Assembly: GCF_023161965.1 (NCBI RefSeq)
Contig: NZ_JALNTY010000002.1
Location: 46,018 to 78,017, forward strand
Source of the DNA: Anaerosoma tenue
GTDB lineage: Bacteria; Actinomycetota; Coriobacteriia; Anaerosomatales; Anaerosomataceae
Length of the DNA: 32,000 nt
Reading direction: 5' to 3'
The notes below the pieces were generated by a model. The model saw nothing but the letters and a program-made list of their open reading frames with translations, was not told the origin of the DNA and made no database searches. The translations under genes were made by a program, and so were the position numbers. Positions 17,839 to 25,349 of the stretch are shown here, in pieces (position 1 is the stretch's first letter; the number at the start of each line of letters is the position of its first letter).

Positions 17839-19206
17839 ATGCTCCACATCAGTCCCGAGGAGATCGCCGAGACCCTGCTCATGGTGCACCAGCAGCACCT
17901 CGACATCCGTACGGTCACGCTGGGAGTGTCGATCGACGACTGCGCCGCCGACTCAACGCAGGAGATCTCGGCGCGGCTCTACGAGAAGGTCACCCGGGCC
18001 GCTGAGCGTCTCGTGCCGGTGGCCGAGCAGATCGAGCGCGAATACGGGATACCGATCCGCAACAAGCGCATCTCGGTGAGCCCGGTCGCGGGCATAGCGG
18101 GCCGCTGCGCCGGCGAGGACCTCACGCCGATCGCCGAGGCGATGGACCGCGCCGCCGAGACCGCCGGCGTCGACTTCATCGGCGGCTTCTCGGCGCTCGT
18201 CCACAAGGGCGTCGGCGCGGCGGATGACGCGCTGATCCGGTCGATCCCCTCCGCCCTGGCGGCCACGCAACGCGTCTGCTCATCAGTGAACGTGGCCTCC
18301 ACGCGCGCGGGAATCAACATGGACGCCATCGCCCGCATGGCGCGCACCGTCAAGGAGACTGCGGCGCTCACGGCCGCCGATGACAGCATCGGCTGCGCCA
18401 AGCTCGTGGTGTTCGCCAACATGGTGGAGGACAACCCCTTCATGGCCGGCGCCATGCACGGGCCCGGAGAGGCAGACGCCGTGGTGAACGTAGGGATCTC
18501 GGGGCCGGGCGTGGTACGCGCGATCATCGCGGCGCTCCCCGATGAGGCCGACCTCACCGCTGTGGCCGAGGCCATCAAGGCCACCTCCTTCAAGATCACG
18601 CGGGCGGGCGAGCTGGTGGCCCGTGAAGCGGCCCGCCGCCTCGGTGTGGCTATGGGTATCGTCGACCTATCGCTCGCCCCCACCCCCGCCGAGGGCGACA
18701 GCGTCGCCGAGATCCTGGAGGCCATGGGCGTGGAGCGCTGCGGCGCACCGGGCACCACGACCGCGCTCGCGCTCCTCAACGACGCGGTCAAGAAGGGTGG
18801 CGCCATGGGCACCTCGTCGATCGGCGGGCTCTCCGGCGCGTTCATCCCCGTGTCCGAGGACGCCGGCATGGTGCGGGCCGTGGAGGACGGCGCGCTCAAC
18901 CTTGAGAAGCTCGAAGCGATGACAGCCGTGTGCTCGGTTGGCCTCGATATGATCGCGATACCCGGCGACACGCCTGCCGAGACGATCGCGGGCATCATGT
19001 CCGATGCCTGCGCCATCGGCGTCATCAACAACAAGACCACGGCAGCGCGGTTGATCCCGGCCGTGGGCAAGGCGGCCGGCGACCACGTGAGCTGGGGCGG
19101 CCTTCTCGGCGCTGCGCCGGTGATGGACGTATCCCGGTGGAGCAGCGCGAAGCTCATCAACCGAGGCGGCAGGATGCCCGCGCCGCTGGGCAGCCTGCGC
19201 AACTGA
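17839..19206 (+). CDS. UPF0210/DUF711-family protein
   Basis: 455 aa. [35 protein letters not shown]... ...[13 protein letters not shown]... GGAGG lies upstream of the ATG. Confidence 0.85.
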   Translation: MLHISPEEIAETLLMVHQQHLDIRTVTLGVSIDDCAADSTQEISARLYEKVTRAAERLVPVAEQIEREYGIPIRNKRISVSPVAGIAGRCAGEDLTPIAEAMDRAAETAGVDFIGGFSALVHKGVGAADDALIRSIPSALAATQRVCSSVNVASTRAGINMDAIARMARTVKETAALTAADDSIGCAKLVVFANMVEDNPFMAGAMHGPGEADAVVNVGISGPGVVRAIIAALPDEADLTAVAEAIKATSFKITRAGELVAREAARRLGVAMGIVDLSLAPTPAEGDSVAEILEAMGVERCGAPGTTTALALLNDAVKKGGAMGTSSIGGLSGAFIPVSEDAGMVRAVEDGALNLEKLEAMTAVCSVGLDMIAIPGDTPAETIAGIMSDACAIGVINNKTTAARLIPAVGKAAGDHVSWGGLLGAAPVMDVSRWSSAKLINRGGRMPAPLGSLRN

Positions 19207-19225
19207 TGCGGGATGGTTCGCTCGT

Positions 19226-19254
19226 TTGCGAACGAACCTAATCTACGCTAATAT
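19226..19254 (+). promoter_or_regulatory. Candidate sigma70-type promoter for the large surface-protein gene
   Basis: TTGCGA (19226-19231), a 17-nt spacer, then TAATAT (19249-19254), in the only AT-rich patch of this intergenic region. This implies a ~100-nt leader. Confidence 0.45.
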
Positions 19255-19261
19255 TCTGAGC

Positions 19262-19275
19262 GTGACATCGGTCAC
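19262..19275. promoter_or_regulatory. Palindrome GTGAC-ATCG-GTCAC at the predicted transcription start
   Basis: Perfect 5+4+5 inverted repeat beginning 8 nt downstream of the candidate -10. Possible operator. Confidence 0.25.
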
Positions 19276-19363
19276 TTTATGCGTGTGATTGGCACTGCAC
19301 GGCGGGAACTGCGGCGTCGGACGCGACGCGGGCCCTAGGGCCAAACGGGGGAACGATATCAGC

Positions 19364-22042
19364 ATGCGACCGACTACCCGGCGTGACGCCGGGCGTCTCA
19401 TGGTCCCTGGTCCACGGTCGTGGACGCAGGTGCTTTCTCTCGCTCTCGCGCTCGCACTCCTCGTGCCAATCACCCCCTCCACGGCGCTCGTGCGCACACC
19501 CATCACCGTCGACGGAGCGTTCGCGGATTGGTCGCCTGTCTTCGACAGCGCCGCCAACTGCCGCTACGATCCGGCGGGCGACACCGGAGGGTCGAACAGC
19601 GACCTCACCGTGACGGCCGCAACATACGACGACAGCCGTGTGTACCTCTACGTGCGCCGGGCAGCCTCCGGCGGCGGCGCCGCCCCCGTGTACCGCATCT
19701 ACATCGACAGTGACGGTGACGGGTTCCTTGGAGCCGCCGACCACGTACTCGTGTTCGAGTTGAAGGGCGGCAACGCGCTCAAGTCGATCGGTCTGTACCA
19801 GTACTCTCCCTCGGACGGAGTGAACGGCGACCCGATCGCCTCACCACCCCCCGGCGGACTCGGATCGGCCGTCGCCGTGAACGGCGGAGCGCTTGAGGGG
19901 GTCGGCGAGACGGACGGCTCGCAGTTCGAGGGGTCGGTCACCTGGGCGGCGCTCGGGATCGCACCCGACACACCGGTCAACCTGCGGTTCGCGGCGATAC
20001 AGGGCAACGACTGGGACCACGCCGAGCCTATCTCGTTCGTGCGTGCGGGCGTCCACCTGTCGCCAGGCACCACGCTGGGCATGGCTGCAGGCATGGACGC
20101 GTTCTACCCGCACACCGTGACCAACACCGGTAACATCCCCCTTAGCCTCGCGCTGACAGCGGAATCGTCACGGGGCTGGTCCGCGATGGTGCGACTGGCC
20201 GGCGACACCACCCCGCTCACCACACTGGAGCTGCAACCGGGCGACAGCATCGACGTGGAGGCCGTGCTCGCCATACCGGGTGATACGCCCAACGGTACCC
20301 GCGATACGCTCACCGTGAGCGCCGAGAACCAGGGGGCGACCCCGGCCAGCGCCTCGGCCACGGATGAAGCGGTCGTGGGACCCCTTCTCGTCATCCCCGA
20401 CCGCAAGGTCTCGGGCGCTCCCGGCACGACCGTGACGTTCGCAAACACCGTGCAGAGCAACGTGGACACCACGATAACAGTGGAGTTGAGCGCGGTCTCC
20501 GATCACGGCTGGCCGATCTCGCTACGCTCCGGTGGTGCAGAGGTCACCGGTCCGCTCACCCTCGAGCCGCGCGCGTCGATGGACATCGAGGTCGTGCTCG
20601 AGGTGCCCGCGGGCGCGCAACTCGGCATCACGGACGTGACCAGGGTAGAAGCGATGGTGACAGGACAGCCGGAGGTGCGTGCGAACGCCTACGACACCGT
20701 CACGGTGCGTCCTGCCCTTGAGGTCGCTCCGCCGATGAGCCTGCCCGCCGGACCCGGGACATCGGTACTGTACCGCCACACGATCACCAACAGCACCGCT
20801 GAAGAGAGAACGCTGGCGCTGACTGCGTCCTCATCGCTCGGATGGCCGGCGCAGGTCTTCGCCGGGGACGCCGCCACCCCGCTTTCCGAGGTCACCCTGG
20901 CTCCGTACGGCGGTTCGACCGACGTGGTCGTGCGCGTGACGGTGCCTGCGGGAACACCTCCCCTCACTGGAGGCACGGCCACGACCGACCTCGCCACGCT
21001 CACCGCCCAGGACGCCCTCGGCTCAGCATCCGTGGCCGACACGACCATCGTGAGCAGGCTCGCCACGTTCGGCGTGGGGGGCTTCGGCACGGCACAGGAC
21101 ACCTTCACCCTTGGCGACCTCGTATACGCCCGGGGAATGGGCCTGCCCACCGGTCAGACCGTGACGTTCAGGTGGACCGATCCCTCCGGAGCGGTGATGG
21201 CCACCGAAGACGTGCGTTCCGACGGGACCGGTATCGCCCAGTCGCGGCACGACCTCTCACCCACCGACCTGCCAGGTACGTGGACCGTGACGCTCCTCAA
21301 CGGGACTACCGAGCTCGCCACGCACGACTTCTACGTGGGATACCGGGCGCGGATCGGCTCGCTTTCCGCCACAGGCGGCGAGGTGACGCAGTCTCCCGTC
21401 AACGTGGCATGCGCGCTCGACAACACGGGCGCCGTGGACCTCCCCGACACCACCGTCACCTACCTGCTGTGGTGGGACGCTGACGGGGACGGAGCCGCGA
21501 GCCCCGGCGACTCGTACGTGGGCGGAGACGGCACGTGGCTCGCCGTTGGCGAGGGCGACGGATACACGCATCAGACCGCCGGACTCTCGGTACCGGGAGG
21601 CACCACCGGAGCCACCGACACGTGGAGCGTGAGCAACGAGGACCTCAGGTTCGCGGGCACATACCGGCTGCGCGCTGTCTGGGAGGCGGCGGACGGTACG
21701 ATCGTCGACACGCGAGAGACGACGCACTTCGCCACGCCAGGCAAGCCCGAACTCAGCATGTCCGTGAGCACTCCCCTGGTCGACTTCGGCACGATCGAGC
21801 CGGGCGTGCAGTACACCCGCTCCGACGTGACCGTCAACGTATCCGCCTCGGTGCCCTTCCACCTCAGCGGCACTGCTGCGGGCGACACCGATCAGCTGGG
21901 CCTCACCCGCTCGCTCGACAATGTGCTCGGCGAGGCGATGGACTCGGGTTCGTTCACCGATACCATCGGCATCCTCGTCTCATGGATGGTCGACCCGGGG
22001 TATTACGAAGCGACCGTCACCTACACGATCGTGCCGAGGTGA
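19364..22042 (+). CDS. Large secreted multi-domain surface protein (N-terminal beta-sandwich, 3 NEW3/CARDB-like repeats, further Ig-like domains, C-terminal domain related to the downstream small proteins)
   Basis: ATG at 19364 follows GGGGGA. The N-terminus is signal-like (RSWTQVLSLALALALLVPITPSTALV). The ITVDGAFADW domain is followed by three ~110-aa repeats carrying TNTG/TNS ... GW ... PG motifs. The C-terminus is LVDFGTIEPG ... VTVNVSAS ... VSWMVDPGYYEATVTYTIVPR. There is no LPXTG motif and no TM anchor. Confidence 0.85.
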   Translation: MRPTTRRDAGRLMVPGPRSWTQVLSLALALALLVPITPSTALVRTPITVDGAFADWSPVFDSAANCRYDPAGDTGGSNSDLTVTAATYDDSRVYLYVRRAASGGGAAPVYRIYIDSDGDGFLGAADHVLVFELKGGNALKSIGLYQYSPSDGVNGDPIASPPPGGLGSAVAVNGGALEGVGETDGSQFEGSVTWAALGIAPDTPVNLRFAAIQGNDWDHAEPISFVRAGVHLSPGTTLGMAAGMDAFYPHTVTNTGNIPLSLALTAESSRGWSAMVRLAGDTTPLTTLELQPGDSIDVEAVLAIPGDTPNGTRDTLTVSAENQGATPASASATDEAVVGPLLVIPDRKVSGAPGTTVTFANTVQSNVDTTITVELSAVSDHGWPISLRSGGAEVTGPLTLEPRASMDIEVVLEVPAGAQLGITDVTRVEAMVTGQPEVRANAYDTVTVRPALEVAPPMSLPAGPGTSVLYRHTITNSTAEERTLALTASSSLGWPAQVFAGDAATPLSEVTLAPYGGSTDVVVRVTVPAGTPPLTGGTATTDLATLTAQDALGSASVADTTIVSRLATFGVGGFGTAQDTFTLGDLVYARGMGLPTGQTVTFRWTDPSGAVMATEDVRSDGTGIAQSRHDLSPTDLPGTWTVTLLNGTTELATHDFYVGYRARIGSLSATGGEVTQSPVNVACALDNTGAVDLPDTTVTYLLWWDADGDGAASPGDSYVGGDGTWLAVGEGDGYTHQTAGLSVPGGTTGATDTWSVSNEDLRFAGTYRLRAVWEAADGTIVDTRETTHFATPGKPELSMSVSTPLVDFGTIEPGVQYTRSDVTVNVSASVPFHLSGTAAGDTDQLGLTRSLDNVLGEAMDSGSFTDTIGILVSWMVDPGYYEATVTYTIVPR
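20054..21058 (+). repeat. Three tandem ~110-aa protein-domain repeats (NEW3/CARDB-like) within the large protein
   Basis: R1 FYPHTVTNTGNIPLSLALTAESSRGWSAMV..LELQPGDSIDVEAVLAIPGDTPNGT. R2 TVTFANTVQSNVDTTITVELSAVSDHGWPISL..LTLEPRASMDIEVVLEVPAGAQLG. R3 SVLYRHTITNSTAEERTLALTASSSLGWPAQV..VTLAPYGGSTDVVVRVTVPAGTPP. Confidence 0.7.
21737..22039 (+). other. C-terminal ~100-aa domain of the large protein, homologous to the three small secreted paralogs
   Basis: VDFGTIEPG / VTVNVSASVPFHLS / VSWMVDPGYYEATVTYTIV aligns by eye with VDLGTIDPE / VTVTGKSNKPATMG / VDYNVDPGAVSGTITYSLV of the small proteins, in the same order and at the extreme C-terminus. Confidence 0.6.
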
Positions 22043-22113
22043 GCCAGCGATGACGACCCAGACACCCGACACTCTCATGGGACCCGGAATCGTGAATTCT
22101 TTTCGTTTATGGG

Positions 22114-22142
22114 TTCACAAAGGGGGTGATTGCCCTCATACT
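22114..22142 (+). promoter_or_regulatory. Candidate sigma70-type promoter for small paralog 1
   Basis: TTCACA (22114-22119), a 17-nt spacer, then CATACT (22137-22142), inside an AT-enriched patch (22090-22150). About 100-nt leader. Confidence 0.4.
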
Positions 22143-22249
22143 GCTTAAGGATTTCCATGCACTGTCGACCCACTAGTCCTGTTGAGGGATACCGTCCGGT
22201 AGGGGCACTGGCGGGTATCAAGGAACGATATCGATCTGAGGAGTATCAC

Positions 22250-22651
22250 ATGAAGCGAACCATCATCATCTCGATCGCGGTAGTGGCGCTGGTCTTCGGC
22301 GCCGTAAGCTATGCCACGGCCGCCAGCGGTGACACGGCTGTTACCGCGACCGTGGGCACGCTGCTCGAGCTCACGGCACCCGGCGCCCAGGATCTTGGCA
22401 CGATCGACCCGGAGAACTCGGGCAGCGCCAACGTCACCGTCACCGGCAAGTCGAACAAGAGCGCTACGATGAGCGCGGCGGTTGCCAAGGGCAACTTCAC
22501 CACGCTGACCTCCACGCTCGAGACGGCCGTCTCCGGCCTCCGTGGTGGCAGCATCAGCGAAGCCGACACCATCACGGGCACCGTCGACTACAGCGTTGAC
22601 GCCGGCACCGCGCTGTCGGGCACCGTCACCTACTCACTCGTGCAGAACTAG
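22250..22651 (+). CDS. Small secreted beta-rich protein, paralog 1 (133 aa)
   Basis: GAGGAG RBS, then ATG at 22250. Signal peptide MKRTIIISIAVVALVFGAVSYATA. The mature part is Thr/Ser/Gly/Val-rich: TATVGTLLELTAPGAQDLGTIDPE..VTVTGKSNK..GLRGG..GTVTYSLVQN. The ORF-track start at 22130 is an extension. Confidence 0.88.
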   Translation: MKRTIIISIAVVALVFGAVSYATAASGDTAVTATVGTLLELTAPGAQDLGTIDPENSGSANVTVTGKSNKSATMSAAVAKGNFTTLTSTLETAVSGLRGGSISEADTITGTVDYSVDAGTALSGTVTYSLVQN

Positions 22652-22675
22652 CTTCCAAAGCTGCGTTCGTCACAG

Positions 22676-22716
22676 CGTACGAAGGCCCGGGCCATCACGG
22701 TCCGGGCCTTCGTACG
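22676..22716 (+). terminator. Perfect 15-bp hairpin after paralog 1
   Basis: cgtacgaaggcccgg (22676-22690) pairs with ccgggccttcgtacg (22702-22716), with an 11-nt loop, 25 nt after the stop. No U-tract. Confidence 0.6.
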
Positions 22717-23041
22717 TCATGGTGGGCGTCACCGGGGCAACACATCGCCAGCAGCCCCACCTACCGCTCAACCTGCCCACGGCCCGCCCGTCGCGACCAA
22801 TGAGCCTGTCGTCACATCCGGATGAAAAGCGCTCAAGCGCTGCGACATACGTGCCGATATGCCCTTCAGGTGGGGAGATAGCCATTCGGCTCAGTACCTT
22901 GATAGAGATGCCAATGAACCAATAGTACTAGTCCATCCGGAGATGGATGACCACGGCGAGTACGAGGACTGCAACCCCATGGACCTGAGAGATCCCCGTC
23001 CATCACGGGGCACAACGAATCACCGATCGGAGGAACATCCC

Positions 23042-23443
23042 ATGAAGAGAACCATCATCATCTCGATCGCGGTAGTGGCGCTGGTCTTCGGCGCTATCAG
23101 CTACGCGAGCGCAGTGACGGGCACAACGGCCGTGAGCGCGACCGTCGGCACCCTGCTCGAGATCACGGCACCCGGCCCTGTCGACCTGGGCGAGATCATG
23201 CCGGACACGCCGAAGAGCGCCAGCGTCACCGTCACCGGGAAGTCGAACAAGCTGGCCACGATGAGCGCATCGGTGGCGCCGGGCAACTTCACCACGCTGG
23301 CCTCCACGCTCCAGACGGCCGTCTCCGGTCTTCGCGGCGGCACCATCAGCCAGGCGGACACCATCACCGGCACCGTCGACTACACCGTTGACGCCGGCAC
23401 CGCTCTGTCGGGCACCGTCACCTACTCGCTCGTGCAGGACTAG
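23042..23443 (+). CDS. Small secreted beta-rich protein, paralog 2 (133 aa)
   Basis: GGAGGA RBS, then ATG at 23042. About 80% identical to paralog 1 by eye, with a 45-nt identical DNA run in the signal-peptide region (22258-22302 versus 23050-23094). Confidence 0.88.
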   Translation: MKRTIIISIAVVALVFGAISYASAVTGTTAVSATVGTLLEITAPGPVDLGEIMPDTPKSASVTVTGKSNKLATMSASVAPGNFTTLASTLQTAVSGLRGGTISQADTITGTVDYTVDAGTALSGTVTYSLVQD

Positions 23444-23472
23444 CCTCCCACCACACTATCTCTTGCTCCACC

Positions 23473-23511
23473 GCATAGGGGCCCGGGCGATCGCTGCCCG
23501 GGCCCCTATGC
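23473..23511 (+). terminator. Perfect 16-bp hairpin after paralog 2
   Basis: gcataggggcccgggc (23473-23488) pairs with gcccgggcccctatgc (23496-23511), with a 7-nt loop. Confidence 0.6.
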
Positions 23512-23824
23512 GCCCTTAGACACCCGACCAACAGCTCCTTGGCGCCGCTCGTCGGACACAGACGCGATACCGGCGCCGCCCATCGTGATGTTGAATGCAT
23601 CCGTCACATGTCCGCCCCTGACCTCTCAGTATGCAGTAGGCGACCGCCGATATACATGTTGTAAGGAACGCCCAGATATCGGGGGGAATCCGATCCCATG
23701 CGTTCCCCAACGGGGGGTGGTCTATGACCGTGTCTACGCAGGGGGCGCGACAAGTACAGTCGCGCCAAACGCCACACCATCGACTGTGGCGGCACACCAG
23801 ACACGACCACACGAAGGAGAATGC

Positions 23825-24220
23825 ATGAAGAGGACTCTGATCATCGGACTTTCAGTCGTCGCTCTCGTCTTCGGCGCCGTGAGCTACGCGGCGGCCGCCA
23901 GCGGCGACACGAGCGTCAGCGCCACCGTGGGCACCCTGCTGGAGATCACGGCACCCGGCCCGGTGGACCTTGGCACCATCGACCCGGAGACTCCCGGGAC
24001 CGCGACGGTGACGGTCACCGGCAAGTCCAACAAACCTGCAACGATGGGAGCCACGGTCAACACCGGCACCTTCACCACCCTGACATCGACGACCGCTGAT
24101 GCGGTGACCGGCCTCCGGGGCGGCAGCATCGCGGTGGGTTACACGATCGAGGGAGGCGTCGACTACAACGTCGACCCCGGCGCCGTTTCCGGCACGATCA
24201 CCTACTCGCTGGTTCAGTAG
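23825..24220 (+). CDS. Small secreted beta-rich protein, paralog 3 (131 aa, most diverged)
   Basis: GAAGGAGA RBS, then ATG at 23825. MKRTLIIGLSVVALVFGAVSYAAA signal peptide, with the same motif order (ATVGTLLEITAPGPVDLGTIDPE..VTVTGKSNK..GLRGG..GTITYSLVQ). Confidence 0.88.
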   Translation: MKRTLIIGLSVVALVFGAVSYAAAASGDTSVSATVGTLLEITAPGPVDLGTIDPETPGTATVTVTGKSNKPATMGATVNTGTFTTLTSTTADAVTGLRGGSIAVGYTIEGGVDYNVDPGAVSGTITYSLVQ

Positions 24221-24249
24221 CCGTAACAGACGAGAGCGACAGATACGAA

Positions 24250-24284
24250 GAGGACGCCCGGGCCATCGTGGTCCGGGCGTCCTC
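24250..24284. terminator. 12-bp hairpin between convergent genes (potentially bidirectional)
   Basis: gaggacgcccgg (24250-24261) pairs with ccgggcgtcctc (24273-24284). The loop gccatcgtggt is nearly the same as the loop of the hairpin after paralog 1 (gccatcacggt). Confidence 0.55.
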
Positions 24285-24314
24285 CTATCTCACCACAGGT
24301 CCTCGGGCCGGTCC

Positions 24315-25349
24315 TCAGGAGTCACCGGCGGACTCGCCCACCCTGGCCGGGCGACGCCCGCGCCCGCGTGCCCGCTTCCGCTCATCGGCACGCCTGGCAC
24401 TCCGCCAGCTCAGCCAGATCGCGATACCGCCGAGCGTGACGATAATCGCGATGACCAGCCACAGCGGCACGAACCAGACGGCCTTGTCGATCGTGATGAC
24501 GTCGGTGGCGCCGACTTCGGATCCTTCGCGCGGATAGCTCACCTCAAGACGCATGGTGTACCGGCCGAGGAGTTGCGTTGCCATCTCTACCGAACCGCTC
24601 TGCTCGAAGTTCGTCCCCGCGTACACGGTCGCGTCCTCGGTCACGACAGAGTCGACGACCTCTTGCAGGTCGCCGTCGAGCACGAGGATCCGGGCCTCGA
24701 TGTCCTTGTCGATGTTGCCGTCGTTACGCACCACGAACGTGTACGGCGCCAGCTTCGAGAGCACGAACGCCTTGGTCACGAACGGCCGGACCTCAAGCCG
24801 CTCCACCACCTCGCCGGCGACCCGCATGCTCACGCGAGCGCCAACGCGGCCGGTCACCTCCGTGGTGGCTCCCTCGGTCTCCGGATCCTCCCCGCCGAAC
24901 ATCTCGAAGAAGATGATCACCTGGTGGTCTCCCGGGGGCGCGTCTTCGGGAACCTCCACCTCGAACGCCACGGGCACCTGCTGGCCCGGCGTGAGTGATA
25001 CGTACGGGGTGTTGCCGCGGGTCCTGGTCTCGGCATCGATGTCCATCCGCACCCAGGTGGCCGGAGTGCCGGCGCCGGTGATGCCGGTGATATCCGGTGT
25101 CTGGTAGTCGATCGCGCCGTCTTCCGACACGAGCTGGTCGGCGGCGTAGATCAGCACGTCGATGTCCTCGTCACCATTGTTGGAGACGACCACCTCACCG
25201 CCGCCCGTCTGGCCCGGCGCCAGTGAGAGCTCGAAAGTGCCCGTGGAGAGACCGACCGTGCGCTCCGCATACGCGGAGAGCGGCGCGGAGACGAGAAGAG
25301 CGAGCACGATGGACGCAACGAGGCCCAGCTTCCCCCTGCGAGCCCGCAT
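24315..25349 (-). CDS. Type-I membrane surface protein with DUF916/DUF3324-like (WxL-interacting-protein-like) architecture
   Basis: Signal peptide (LGLVASIVLALLVSAPLSAYA), two beta-sandwich-like halves (FELSLAPGQTGGGEVVVSNNGDEDIDVLIYAAD..GAIDY.. and ..YTFVVRNDGNIDKDIEARILVLDG..), a C-terminal TM helix (VWFVPLWLVIAIIVTLGGIAIWLSW) and a basic tail. The ATG overlaps the stop of the response-regulator gene. Confidence 0.8.
   Translation of the reverse strand: MRARRGKLGLVASIVLALLVSAPLSAYAERTVGLSTGTFELSLAPGQTGGGEVVVSNNGDEDIDVLIYAADQLVSEDGAIDYQTPDITGITGAGTPATWVRMDIDAETRTRGNTPYVSLTPGQQVPVAFEVEVPEDAPPGDHQVIIFFEMFGGEDPETEGATTEVTGRVGARVSMRVAGEVVERLEVRPFVTKAFVLSKLAPYTFVVRNDGNIDKDIEARILVLDGDLQEVVDSVVTEDATVYAGTNFEQSGSVEMATQLLGRYTMRLEVSYPREGSEVGATDVITIDKAVWFVPLWLVIAIIVTLGGIAIWLSWRSARRADERKRARGRGRRPARVGESAGDS

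Larger units (their letters stand above)
22250..24284 (+). repeat. Tandem triplication of a ~790-bp module (small gene, hairpin terminator, long spacer)
   Basis: Start codons at 22250, 23042 and 23825, giving periods of 792 and 783 nt. Each copy has its own RBS and its own terminator hairpin. Confidence 0.8.

Noticed and set aside
19364-19450. Tat signal in the large surface protein (TTRRDAG)
   Set aside because: The RR is not followed by the x-F-L-K-type consensus, and the hydrophobic core is separated from it by ~15 residues. A Sec-type signal, or a later start such as MVPGPRSW, is equally plausible. No call is made.
22859-23041. In-frame N-terminal extensions of the small paralog ORFs (22130.., 22859.., 23585..) suggesting ~170-210-aa proteins
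   Set aside because: The extensions are not conserved among the three copies, have no SD sequence, and run through terminator hairpins and AT-richer promoter-like DNA. In contrast, each internal ATG (22250, 23042, 23825) has a strong GGAGG-type RBS and is followed by an obvious signal peptide.
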